Shown here: positions 1 through 12,359 of the stretch, piece after piece
Position numbering within the stretch: the stretch's first letter is position 1
How the letters are laid out: every line of letters starts with the position of its first letter
Assembly (NCBI GenBank): GCA_052426225.1
Contig: JBNJNM010000013.1
Coordinates: 744,001-808,000, forward strand
DNA from: Zancudomyces culisetae HAW-14-8
Taxonomy: Eukaryota > Fungi > Kickxellomycota
Direction of reading: 5' to 3'
Length of the DNA: 64,000 bases
Notes under the pieces: model-generated
Told to the model about the DNA's origin: nothing
Databases searched by the model: none
Seen by the model: the letters and a program-made list of their open reading frames with translations, nothing else
Position numbers and translations under genes: made by a program

Positions 1-2734
1 CTCTTGTAACTCTGCGGATTGAAATGTATTATATCAAGAGCTGGAATCTTGTTTTTTTTGAGACATCTGTAAATGATACAAGCGTAAGCTGACAGAAATT
101 GGTTAGCTGTAGAAACTAGACCTCCATGTTGTCGCCTAAAAGATAAAAAGATATTCTCTACCATGTCACCGCATTTTTTCACTCTTATTCCTCTGCTTTC
201 TACAACATCCAATGATGTGTGAATTAAACAAAAGGTTCCTACAACCCCTAGCACGTCTGGTCCAGAAACTAGCAAATCGTTCCTTTTTCCTGGGTACTCT
301 CGATTATGGTTCTCAAAATTGGTAATTTCAACTAATCTTGCTAGTGCGGGTATATCCTTGAGAGTGATTTTATCTTCCCAATTTAAATATTCAAGCATGG
401 TTAGATGCGTCGTTTTTACATCTTTTTGAGTTGAATAGCCCTTTATTGTTATATGTTTTATTTTAATTGACTCAAAAATAATATCGCTTGTGTCTACATT
501 CAGGATAACTGAATACAATCTCCGTTTGGAAGTGATGTCCGACTCGAAATGATGCCATTTTCCTAGCACCTTTGGTAATGGTATTGAAAGGTTTGGGGAT
601 TCCTTGTGACAGTTCCCAAGAAATAGTACTAGTTTGGTTTTATATTTAAATATTAGGTTCAAAAACTCCAGTATGCTCGCAGTATCGGGAACCTGTGAGA
701 TGATGTATCTTTGGAAATTTGCAAAGCGCAAGAAAAATGGATTTAACAATCTCGACTCATCCTCAATATCTATAATGCTGCGCTTGTATGGAAGCGAACA
801 GACGTTTTCCGTTGTGATGTGATTTTTGATTTTTTCCGCAAAGTCGAACTCTCGTTCGAGTAAATAACTCAGACTTCTTGTGCTATCGCTTATGTTGACA
901 AACTCTTCCGAGCGAAATACCAACAACGCTCTTAGCTTGTCATAAATACCTGCAGTTTTCAAAATCAACCTTCCAGTGGTGTTTTCGTCAGTACCATACG
1001 CACTATATGTGTACTCGTTGTACCTGTTTATCAGCCAGCCGGGCATACCGCAAAATAAATTTTGTATTGTCTCCTGATTGCCAGCTATACAAGTATCCAG
1101 CGCATTTCCTGTAAATTCTGCCAATGGCATTGCTTTGCTTTTTTCGCAATTTTCAACTTCTTTGATAAATGGTGATGCCTCCCCTTCAACAAGTGCAGGA
1201 TATTGGATTGAAAACTCTTCTATGGCACAGTCAAGTGAAAACGCATCAATTTTGCCCGAAAATAACCTACACAGTGCCGATAGATGAAAGGAGACGCTCT
1301 GGATGTGGTCTCCATAAAACACAACCTTTACGTTTTTTTTGTTCATCTTCTTTATATTGGATTCAAGGATACTGCACATGGAACTAAATGTACCAAGATA
1401 GATATTTTTTTTTGTATTGCTTTGTCAAAAATTTCAATAGTTATTGAATTCTTTATTTTTAGTAGGCAGCTGAGCTCACTAAGCCTCATATCAAGTATAA
1501 GCATGTCGTACTCAAACAGTTTTGCTTTTTGACTGAGCGGGTCTTTTTCCAGATATTTGTTTTTGAGCATCATTTTGGCAAGCCTTTTGGCCGATATTCT
1601 TCTTCCGAACAGACTTTCGCACTTTTTTGATGCCTCACTTAGACTTCTAACACCAGTAACCCAGTCTGTTAACTCGGAAGTATACAGTGTGTTTATTTTG
1701 TTAAAGCTCTCATTAAAGTTTTCTATAATCGCGCTGTTGATGCTGAGCTCGCTAATTTGCTTACTTTTTAGGGTGTTTTTTTTGGAATCATATACTAAAG
1801 ACTCGAGTTGTTTGAGCAAACCAATTTCATCGTTGTTAACACTAGCCACTCTAATTAGAGTGGTGGGATCTTTTTTTGTGGTCGATTTTTTTTCATCTGA
1901 ACTCGCTTTGTTCTTCGAAGTAGCCAAAAGGTGGGCAAGTGATTTAAATCTATCCTTATCTCTTGACTTGTCCTGCTCTACTAAATTTGAAAGAATCCCA
2001 TCAACGTTGGTGATCCGTTGAATTAACACGTTTTTTTCCTTTGCTGTATGCTTCGGCTCGACATTTTTTTTATCGGTTTCATCTCTTGAGCCTATAACGC
2101 TGACTTTTTTATCACTACACTCATCTAATTGATCCCTAACTTCAGTTCTGCCTGAAACCAGTCTCGAATTTTCAGTAAAATCCGTATCTTCAATGGTAAT
2201 ACTTACAAGACCTGCAAGTTTATCTGTATGATTATTTTTGATATTAACTTTGGTTTGTACCATAGGTTTACCCTTTGTTTTAGGAGAAACTAAATCGGGC
2301 ACAGGTGTTACACTTTTGCTCTTAAAGCTGGGTGGAAATACGTTTTCATATTCTGCAGATGGTTTAGCGATGCTGTTTTTGTATTTTTCTACCTCATAGT
2401 GTTTAAATGTTAATGAAGCTTGTAGCTTTAGAACTCTGGCTGAGTATCTAGCCTCGAGCTTAAGAATTCCGTAGTCCTCCCAATACTCGTTTTGATTGAA
2501 TATCTGATGAATTATGGTTTGTCTGGGATACAAACCAATATCACCACTATCACTCGATACGGACAGATTTATGTTGTAGATAAATCTTTTGCTGCTATAT
2601 TTATTTAGCTCGGACAAAATAGTTTTAGTAAGTGGTACAGAGCAATAGTTGTATATGGAAAGCGCAGATTCGGAGGATTTTTTCGCAGTACCAAGCGAGT
2701 TTTGTTCAAAAGCTATAGGTTTACTTGATAGCAT
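1..2734 (-). CDS. Rhodanese-like (CH2) + classical PTP-domain protein with Ptp2/Ptp3/Pyp1 architecture, apparently catalytically dead. Split into two frames near 1405-1413; 3' end lies beyond the window start
   Basis: The ORF 2734-1352 ends in a rhodanese-like start (MLILDMR...KIKNSITI). A second minus frame, read by hand, is open from ~1424 to position 1. It continues the rhodanese (KVVFYGD...AFSLDCAIEEFSIQYPAL) and then carries PTP motifs in the correct order: LPYKRSII, RYIISQVPDTASILEFLNLIFKYKTKLVLFL, LEYLNWED, DLLVSGPDVLGVVGTFCLI, DMVENILLSFRRQHGGLVSTANQFLSAY. Confidence 0.8.
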
Positions 2735-3475
2735 TATTATTTTATGTCAAGATTTCTGGAATCGCACCTGGTCAGATGGTTGGTTTCTATTCTTTATCAA
2801 AAGGCTATTAAATCAAATATCTATAAAAGCTAATAAAGTTAAAATTGGCTACTTCCCTCTTTCACCCTAGTATTTTGTAAAGTAACTATTTACTAAGAAT
2901 ATATTAGATATGAATGTATCGAGAGAACCGAACATAACAAACTGTTATGGTCATACTGTGGAGTATATATGTACATAAAAATCTTGTGCTTGAATATACG
3001 CAGATATAACGCATAAACCCAACATATTCACAACAATGCCGCTCTGAGTTATATACGATGGTATCATTTTTTAAGTTCGGATATATATAACTTCAAAGTT
3101 AATTGACGAGTGCTCAACACAATTATGCAACTTTCAATGAAATAGCCGTGCTATTTGGAAAAAATATATATTTGAACACTATGTATTGACCATACCGTAG
3201 TTATCATGTATGCATAACAGCTCCGATTATCCTGATTAAATAAAAAAGCTAAATGAAAAAAGCTAAATAAAATAAAATGATAAATAAAAAAAGACATTGT
3301 AAAGCAAAGAATATTTCCAGTGAAACAATATCTGTATAACCATAGCATATCCAAAACCCACTGCCACGACCTTTCAATTAAAGCACACACTTTTCTTGTA
3401 AAGGACAACTCAAAGTAGCGTGTTATCAAAAATCCTCATTGAAAAATGCCATCCTTATCGAGAAATGGATCCAAA

Positions 3476-4363
3476 TTAATAGCTTTTCGAAAAAACTACA
3501 TAGTCTGGTGCAACGGATTCCAGTTTCATGTGATAACCCTTCATTTCATTAATATATTTTATTCTAAACCTTCTTTTTGTAAAACTCACACAATAGTTAA
3601 AAAACTGCGTTTCTGCACCTGGGAAGGGTATCCACCTTCCCGAAACACTTTCATCTACAGGAAGCTGTTCTGTATTTAACAGTGTAAAACCCTGTGCAAT
3701 TATTGAGTCATTATCCCAGCCCTCATCGGTAAAAGGATAGAATCCATAACTGTTGTTAAAATTAAGTAGCATTATTTTAAGTTTGAGAGTTTTGCCGTAA
3801 GGCAAGCACCTGTATAACGATTTCATTTTCAGTAAAAAATCTGCTGGAGGATCCCTCCTACAATACTTTTGAAGTAATCCCGAAACTGTTTGCTTTCTTA
3901 CAAACACAATGTTGTAATAATCAAGTTCGCTTACTATAAATGCATGCTTAAAGCGATTGTTTGGTATAAACTCTGAAATGTTTTTGGAAGATTTGTCGCG
4001 ATACCATTGCACAATATACTCAAAAATCGCGTTATCCCTGTCAATACATATGCACTGTTCTGGTTTTTTGTTGTTTTGGTCTTTGCATGACATTGTCATT
4101 TCCCACAAGAGCGTTCCTGGTTTGTCCATAATATCAGAAATCTGAATATCATACTTGACACCGCTAACATTGAACCTGATAACCTCCTCCTTTCTTTTTT
4201 TATTATATTTTTTTTCTAGATAAAGCTTCCTCAACTCCTTGATAAGCTCTTTTTCTACTTCTACTACATTTGCTGAATCCCCAGAAGATTTAACAAACTT
4301 TTGAATGTTTTCACCAGCACGATATTCTATGCGGCTATTCGAATCGCCTCTCTGATTTTCCAT
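3476..4363 (-). CDS. BTB/POZ (KCTD/T1-type) domain protein, 295 aa
   Basis: VIRFNVSGVKYDI...PGTLL...ICIDRDNAIFEYIVQWYRD...ELDYYNI matches the BTB_2 consensus. The C-terminal half is not recognised. Confidence 0.8.
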   Translation of the reverse strand: MENQRGDSNSRIEYRAGENIQKFVKSSGDSANVVEVEKELIKELRKLYLEKKYNKKRKEEVIRFNVSGVKYDIQISDIMDKPGTLLWEMTMSCKDQNNKKPEQCICIDRDNAIFEYIVQWYRDKSSKNISEFIPNNRFKHAFIVSELDYYNIVFVRKQTVSGLLQKYCRRDPPADFLLKMKSLYRCLPYGKTLKLKIMLLNFNNSYGFYPFTDEGWDNDSIIAQGFTLLNTEQLPVDESVSGRWIPFPGAETQFFNYCVSFTKRRFRIKYINEMKGYHMKLESVAPDYVVFSKSY

Positions 4364-6304
4364 GTTGAGTTTTTAGTTTACACTCACCAGTATTTCAGTA
4401 TTATAGTGTTTTCCCGCTGACTCTAGAAGTGGGTTTTAAATAAACTTTCAAAAGTAAAAAAGAGTTGAATATTTTAATATGGTGATATTAGCTATGTTAG
4501 AAATATTTAACCAAATATTTGTAGACGTATAAAAGTACTTTGAGACAACAAAACACGCAGTTATGGTACCTTGGTGGACACTACGGGTATAAATATGTGT
4601 ATTTATACACTTAAATGGACACCACCAGCGTTCCGAGAAAACGAAATATTAGCTGCACATGCATGTTATGCTCAAAAAATTTAAAAAGATTACTTTTACA
4701 TCTAATTGAAGAAATTAATCAAAGCTAAAAGTTCAGTGGAGGAGGATTTAAGTATGTGGAATATATATTTTATCTATATTGCGTCTCACTACGTTTCCAC
4801 CCCCCCCCCCCCCCCTTCACTTTTCTGTTCTAGAAGTTATTTAAACACCCGGTTTCAGCCTATAATTACTTGGAAATGTAGAAAGATGCAAGACGAACAT
4901 ATTTTTTGCGTTGAATGTTTAAAGTTACGCCATTCAATGCCACTTTAACAATTTCTTTTGGAAGTCTTTGGTTTTCTTTTTTTTCTTAAAAGGAATATTG
5001 ACTCAAAGCACTTATCATTAGATAGTCGATGTTTAATAGTAAAAAGGAAAAAAGAAAGAAGAAAGGTGGTTAAAAAATGTAAATGTTCAAAAACAAGAAC
5101 AAACATAATTCACCCTGAAGGAGAGATCACGTTCTAAGAAATTTATAACCAAGTCAAACCAATACAAATTAGTACAAAAGGCGCATTAGAAGGAGTATGC
5201 GTAATTGACCTTGAATAGTGTCGTAGAAGAGATAGGGTGATGAGGGTAGAAACGATGTTAAAGTTTATATAAAGCAAATGTGGTTTAAAGGAATTCTAGA
5301 TGTTTGAAAATTGAAAAAAGTGTTTAAAGAACCAATAACAATCCTGTCTTGTATTCCACAAAAGAGGTGAAAGAAGAAAAAAAAGCAAAATACTATTTTT
5401 TTTGGTCTTGCAAATCGTATCATGCCTGGGTCCTTTCCAATACAGTATTTCCTCGGCTCCACACAAAAAGGAAAAGCGCTTGAAGGTGAACTTCAATGCA
5501 GGTAGTTTTTTCTACAAATAATAACCCGTTGGTGTAGAAATGTAGACATACGAGTACTTTACATAAAAAATGTGGATGTACAGCACAGGATAAACGCTAT
5601 TCGACCTGAGTGCTCAGTTAGCTATGAGTTTCATTTTTTTTCCTTCAGTAATGTTACATGAAGCTTTGCTGCTTAAAGCCATTGACATTAAAGCGTTACT
5701 GGATATTTTCTCAAAAGAATTCGTGTACTTGAAGTCGATAGCGCGTTCCTGATTCGAATAAAGCAAAAAGGGATTTTTACAAAGATAAAGACAAGACTTG
5801 AATGGCTAATAGTATGTCTAGAAAAAAAAAGTCAAAAAACGCATTCCATCCAGCAGGTAAGTAAATTTATCGAGTACAGGAAGGTGTACCAGGGTTTAGC
5901 ATCAATGCTAACTGATTTTCAAATTCATGTTTTATGGGCATATAACTTTGTTTTTTCAAGTACATAAATTTAACATTATTGTTATATAAAGGCAAGCACT
6001 TTGTATTATAAAATGCAAAAAAACATACAAAGTCGAGTAGTTTATGTCTGATGATATATACATACATATATATATATATATATATTTGTAGGTATACAAG
6101 CTACTTTTGGGTGTATTAGAGTGTGTTTTTACTTTAGATTTTATTTTTTGTAATTATTGTATACTAAAAACATCATATCACGCAATAAACAGAATTCAAG
6201 TACTTGTAGTCTTTGTTGTTATATAGTTTTACATTTTTTCTCTGGTACGACTACAAGATAGAACGAAAAAGAAAAAAAAAGAGAGAAGTATCGTGGTAAA
6301 ATAG

Positions 6305-8203
6305 ATGTCAAAAAGAAAACAGGATCTCGCGAACGAGTATAGTTTCAACGAAGAGCTAGGTAGATCCAGCTTCAAGAAACAAATACTATCTGTAAAGTTT
6401 GAAGAAGAGGTGGGTCACAGTATATTCAATGGAATAATACCAATTGCGAAAAAAGCTCTTTGCCCAGCACATAGCTATAGAAGTATCGATAGATCCAACG
6501 GATGTAAAAAGATAGACAATAGCATGGAATGGAATAACGGAAATGTTGGTGATTTGCTGACAGTTTTGAGCAGTCTGAGTAGAGAATCGCTAGACAATAA
6601 AACAATACGTCAAATCTCAGATCTCTCGATTTTCAAAACCAAGAAGTGTAAAAACCCAGTGCAGGCAGATATCAATCCGATTTTTTTTCCGTCCATAAAG
6701 TGTCGAGAAAGGGAGCTTTACTATACAAAATATTCAGTGGTTATAAAGACAGACAGGTGTAAGGTTATTTCGGGAATTGGGAAAACTCAGACTGACCTAC
6801 TTAATAAACCACCAATAAACAAGGAGTCACTATCAATTATGGGTATAGAGCAAATATTTCTAAATGTCAACTTGAGACACGAAATGGTATTTGCTGAAAG
6901 TATGAATTTTATCAAAAAGAGTCCACAAGTTGTAGCTGAAGCTGAAAAAGGAAAAGAACGGATGTACTGGGATATTATTGAAAAGGAACTGAAGCTGCCA
7001 CTTTTTATAGTTGATAAGGGTGTATTGATTGTGCTCCCGGGGCTAAACAGAATGATTGAGCTAATAAGCGAAATAAAGTGTATATTATCAGATATACTGA
7101 ATGATTCAGATATACCTGTACACGAATACAGCCACTACTTTAAAGAGTTTGACCCAATGAATATACTACTTTGTGTAATATCGAGTAACTTTAATGCTGT
7201 CTTTCTTGGCACCACTTTAAAAAAGATAGTCAAAAACTACAAGCTAGCATCAGACATTGCAACCGTCGATAAAATAATAGAACTTCTGGAAAGTTCTAGG
7301 TATGCCAAAGCGTTGGAGGCTTCTTTTAACTTCCTAGAAAGCCTAAAGATCGAAGTTGCAAGCAAAAACATTGAAAAATACAAGCATCTTCTCGTATATG
7401 ACTGCGTAAACTACGAGAAAAGAATATTTTTGCATAACTTGACAGTTAAGAATAGAAAGTACCAATTGGCCGAAAAATGGATCAATCGATTGTTTAATGA
7501 TTATAGGGCAGAAAAGAGTTTATCTCGGATGTTTCGGCGTGGAGTCGCAGAGTTGTTGCTAAATAGCCAGGTAGAGATCCCAGAGACGTTTAATTTGGAT
7601 ATTAAAAGAATAACAAGGTTTAGGTGTATTTTTTCCAGCATAATCAACATGATATCAGTATATATAGCTACAAAAAAATATTGCGAGCTTTTAAAAACAG
7701 AATTTAAAGACCTAATTGACGAGCGAGAACCGTATACCAAACTGATAAATGTTCTAATAGCAAGGCTGCAACAAAAGCTATATGTTGGTCGGAATAAAGA
7801 GCATGGCGTAGAGCTGGAATTGAATAATACCGAGCTGAAAAAGGCGGCAGAAAACTTTTGCAAAACAAAGATTCGCATTAATAGCATGGTAGAAAAAACA
7901 CGACCAGAGCTAGGACCGTATCTTGAAAGTTTACTTGGCAAGAATAGTGCTGTGAAAAAGATTCTCAGGAAAACGTTTCTTAAAATAGTAAACCTGTACC
8001 TGAACGAGGAACATGTCGAGTACAACAATCTTGTGAACTCAAGCGAGTTTAATATTTTTTTACCTGAGATCCATTCCACCCTGCTAAAGACATCCAAGAT
8101 GGTTATTCACAACTGGAGAGTATACTGTGAATATTATAGCTCCGTTTTAGTACACGACCATCAGAATAAAAGCAATGAACTGGTGAATGGAACGGTTTTG
8201 TGA
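6305..8203 (+). CDS. T-complex protein 11 (Tcp11/Sok1 family) protein, 632 aa
   Basis: NLRHEMVF, YWDIIEKEL, EIPETFNLDIKRI and HNWRVYCEYY resemble Tcp11/Sok1 conserved blocks. Single long ORF. Confidence 0.7.
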   Translation: MSKRKQDLANEYSFNEELGRSSFKKQILSVKFEEEVGHSIFNGIIPIAKKALCPAHSYRSIDRSNGCKKIDNSMEWNNGNVGDLLTVLSSLSRESLDNKTIRQISDLSIFKTKKCKNPVQADINPIFFPSIKCRERELYYTKYSVVIKTDRCKVISGIGKTQTDLLNKPPINKESLSIMGIEQIFLNVNLRHEMVFAESMNFIKKSPQVVAEAEKGKERMYWDIIEKELKLPLFIVDKGVLIVLPGLNRMIELISEIKCILSDILNDSDIPVHEYSHYFKEFDPMNILLCVISSNFNAVFLGTTLKKIVKNYKLASDIATVDKIIELLESSRYAKALEASFNFLESLKIEVASKNIEKYKHLLVYDCVNYEKRIFLHNLTVKNRKYQLAEKWINRLFNDYRAEKSLSRMFRRGVAELLLNSQVEIPETFNLDIKRITRFRCIFSSIINMISVYIATKKYCELLKTEFKDLIDEREPYTKLINVLIARLQQKLYVGRNKEHGVELELNNTELKKAAENFCKTKIRINSMVEKTRPELGPYLESLLGKNSAVKKILRKTFLKIVNLYLNEEHVEYNNLVNSSEFNIFLPEIHSTLLKTSKMVIHNWRVYCEYYSSVLVHDHQNKSNELVNGTVL

Positions 8204-9435
8204 AGGTAGGAGGGTTGGAGCGGGTAGTTTTGTGCAGATTTATCCTCTTAGCCATTTAGCTTGCCATTTAGCTTATCATCTTGCTTGCTACTTTCTAACT
8301 TGCATTACTGTTAAACCAACATGGCTAATCAACTAATTTTGTAAAAACATTTAAATTTGTATATTTTTCAATTGTGAATAAAATAGTGTATATTTGTTAT
8401 GCTTTATGGAGAGAGGGGGGGGCAGAGTTAAGTTGTTTATAGCTGTCATGCACTTCAAGTTTTAGTTATGCAATCAGTGAAGAAGAGTTTAAAGGAGGCA
8501 GCACACAAGAAAAAAAAGGGGGTATAATCAGAGAGAGAGGGTATTTCCATTATCTCTTGTTCAAGCTTGCAGAGTGTTTTCAGCATATCAGTTCTAATCG
8601 AGATATACACAAGATACAATTTTTTTTTCTCAGTTTCCAATTAAACAACCCCATAACACCTTTGAAAAAAAGCTAGTAACCGCGATTTGTTTACGCCTAT
8701 AAAATAGCCAATAGTACGTGTTATCCGTTTTTCCTTGACGATTTTTTGCACTTTGTGTAGGTTATCACTTTATGCTCTGCTACGAGGGGGGGGGAGAAAC
8801 GAAGAAAAAGGAGCCAGAGTTGGTGTGAATCGATTCTGAATTCTGATTCTTTATTTTTTTTTCCCCTTTTTGCGGGGTGCTGAAGATAAGTGAGTTTACA
8901 GGAGGAGCAGAATTCAAGGGTTTTCCGTCTGGAAGGTTCTTGCTTTTTGTTTTTCCAAACCAAGGGAATACTGTGCTATACGAACTGGAATCTTTCTTAG
9001 ATTCGCTTGTCCACCTTTTTTCGCTTTGTTCCTTCCTTGAATTTTATTCAACATGAGGAATTTGAAAGAAGATGGCCACACCTGAATGTAATTCTTTGTT
9101 GAACTTTCCATTGAAAACAAAAATATGAAGAAAAAAAAACGGAAAATGGGAAGCGGGAATGCCTCCTTAGCTGGGTCGGTTGAGGTCTCAGACAAGTGGA
9201 GATAAAGCAAGTAGTCCGTACTTGACGTGCTCAAGGAAAGCCCAATCAATTCCTAGCACTTTTTTTTTAGGTACTGATGGAGTTGCTAGGTGTGAAAGTT
9301 AGAGGAGAAATGCCAGGTTGACGAGTTAAGATACAATTCAATTGTCTTCGTGAAAGAAGGCAAGGAGAAGAGGAAATGCTAAAAAAAAGTTAAAAAGGCT
9401 AGTTTGAAATCTAAAATATATGCTGAAGCAAAAGT

Positions 9436-11783
9436 TTAGCTCTGTTTCATGCGTTTAGGGTTGTGAGAATCGTCAGATTGAATAGAATGAGGTGAGCAGG
9501 GAGCTTCGTGGTTTGGTTTTGGGCTCCCGGATAATTCTTTGTCAAGTGCGCCAGAAATAGATGCATTTTTGCTGGCAGTGTGAGCTGCATGTACATCTCC
9601 ATGTCCAGGATCATCACTGATAGATGGCTTTTTTTCGGCTTTACGGTCAGAAATGACGTGATTGTAAATTTCGAGCAAGGATTGCTCGTCAATGTATTTA
9701 CGTGGAAAGTTCGGGAGTCCCAAGAGACGAGACTTTTCGGATTCAAAAGTCGAGGATTTTTCGATTGGAGGAGACAGGTCGTATTTTAAGTAGTCGACAA
9801 AGGAGTCTATTGCTCTAGTGCGTTTTCGAGTTTCGTCAGAAAGCTTTCTATTTGCCTTAATCATCAGCTGTTCGTGAACATAGATTAATATACTTTCTGA
9901 ACATGCAAAATTGTTGGCTTTCAAAAACAGACTAAGATTATCTATGGTGGTAGAGACCGTGAACGAAAACGATTCCGATTTGATAATGCTTTCTATCTTT
10001 TTGCGAGCTTTATAAACGTCATCGTTAAGCCCTTCTACACAGTCCCAGAATAGCTCTAAGGGAGTAGAACCTTGGGAACCCAAAATATTGCGATACCTTT
10101 CATCGTCTTTGATTAGGGGATAAAGAGATTTCCACATGCTTACTGGAGTGATGTGTCTGAGGTTTAAATGTTCCTGCAGCAACTCGCGAAACCCATCGCG
10201 GGCTTTTCTCTCCGCTCGAAACCGAACTTTTCTTTCTTTTTCCAGCTCATCATGACACTGCTGCTCTAAATGGCTAATGCGGCGCTGGAAAGCCTCGAGT
10301 AAATCAAACAGGTTTAGACCCTCTTTGATAGAAAAGGACCTCTTCCATTCGAATTTATCTGTCTTTGCATACTCAAGGGATCCATCTGCCTCAAGAACAG
10401 AAGAATCTAGTTGATTGGGACTTTCAATCAATGACGATATAGTTGGGTTTTCTAGCAGCTGTTGCTTAACTTCGCGCCAATCTGAAAATACAGTAATATT
10501 ACTCATAGACTCGAGTAATTTATCCAGCTGCTTTGCATACTCTTTGTGCTGAAACCGCCTTAGGTCTCTAATGCGCCGGGTATATTGATTCATATACTGA
10601 TCAAATAATTCTTGGCGCTCAGCACTGTTGGTAATAGCGTTAAAACTTTCGTCGTCCGAAGCTATCAACACCACCTTTTGAAATCGTGAATTTTCCGTCA
10701 AGGGAAGCAGATCAAGCAGTTCAAAAAACTTTTTTCTGTTACGGAGTCTAGCGTTGCGCAGCTCTTCCTGCTCTTTACTTTGTTGCTCAATTTTATATCT
10801 CTCAAAGACTTCTCTCCGCTCAGAAACCGAACCCAGGCACTTGTACAGAGGGTGCGAAATTACCGCCCTCATGGCCTGTTCCCATTCCCAATCTGATCCT
10901 ACCCCCTAAAATACAACGTATTATTACTCTTTTTAATTTCCATCGGCGATTTGACCAGCCATTTTCCTCCCCGGATAACCAGTAAATCAACACTTTTCCA
11001 ATCCAAAGCAAAATAATATAATATTAATAAAATACCTTGTGTTCAAGTAATAGCATGAATGCTTCCTCGGCTTTTTCCTTTGATTTGAAATCTAAAGTTG
11101 TAGGCAAGGGAGGTAGATCTTTTCTGACATTCGCTAAAGGGCGTGGCTTGGTTATTTCTATTTCCTTCTCTATAGGTTTACTTATAGGTGTACTTGATGC
11201 CTCTTCTGCCTTTACGGACAATATTTTTGCTTCTGTATCTGTACTTTTCTTTTTATTCACATCCGGGATAGCTACTTATTCAACATTCGCATAGGGATTA
11301 TTTTCACATTGCATATTAACCTTAATATAAACAACATGTAATTACACAAAAAAGAAAAGAAAAAAGGACATTCTAAAGATGAAGAAAAAGTTGAAAGATA
11401 GTTTAGATAAGAATACCCTAATTTTACCTTTATTTTCTAGCTCGGCAGGTTTGTTCCAAGTAGTTTCTTTGGTTGCAGAGTTGTACCAGTATGCCTTACC
11501 GCCAGGTGCTATATATTCCTTCCATCTCGTTGCTTTCTATTAGCCCAAATTAAATAGATTCGGTTTACAAAAATGCTAAACCTAAGTACCAAAGCAAAGA
11601 ATGGATAAATGTTCGTACATACCTCAGTTCCTGATTTCAACTCTTCGGGTTTTTCCCAGGTACTTTTGTTGGTAAGTTTATTGAAATAGTATATCCGACC
11701 GTCCGCAGCCTTGTGTGTTTCCCATTCCTACATATCAATTTCAAAGTTGTAAAAAAGATAACCTTTTTTTTAACTTGACCCAT
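9436..11783 (-). CDS. PRP40: U1 snRNP splicing factor Prp40 (2 WW + FF domains), multi-exon
   Basis: Spliced exons give MGQ|[27 protein letters not shown] and [27 protein letters not shown] (tandem WW). FF repeats follow, including [12 protein letters not shown] and [13 protein letters not shown]. The start codon at 11783 assumes a 47-nt first intron. Confidence 0.92.
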
Positions 11784-12359
11784 TTCACATGTTCGAAAAA
11801 GACCATGACCATTTTCTTTTTATTCAAGTCAAATTGAATATTGGAGTGATATTTTTCTCGAAATAAGGATTAAAAGTCGAGAAACACATTTAAATTAAGA
11901 AAATATAATTCGCAACACCTACCATCCTTCCGTAGTGAATGCAAAATACTTTTTTGTCGCTGCCGTTGGTTTTCAGTTATGTTTAAAGGTGGCTGATGAT
12001 CAAGAATTGTATACAATTTCAGCACATTCGTAAATATATGTATACGTATATAAACAGGAATGTGTATTATATACGAGGAGTTTAGACAGTTAGTGCTAAT
12101 ATTTACAAAGTAACAACAAGGAGTGATTTAAACACATTTGAGCCATTTATTTATTTTTTACTTTGATTTTTCAAAAAAGTAATTTGGCCACACTGCTTTG
12201 ATGATAAAAAAATTAGCTCCTCCCATCCCCCCTCCTCTCCTGCTTATTCCCTAGTAAACTAAAAGGAAAATTGATGGTATAAATTCAAACACGAGCATGT
12301 ACACCCAAAAAAAAAAATCCAAAAAGAAAAGTAGAAGGATGAATAAGTAAAAAAAAAGG

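Noticed and set aside
4800-4815. Poly-C tracts (also ~26384-26397) and poly-G (~8786-8794)
   Set aside because: Isolated homopolymers with no associated terminal repeats or target-site duplications.
8700-9400. Short ORFs (8914-9249, 8721-8963) and a CCTAGCA/TGCTAGG stem as a possible gene or ncRNA
   Set aside because: No recognisable domain, and no snRNA, snoRNA or RNase P/MRP motifs. A 7-bp stem is expected by chance.
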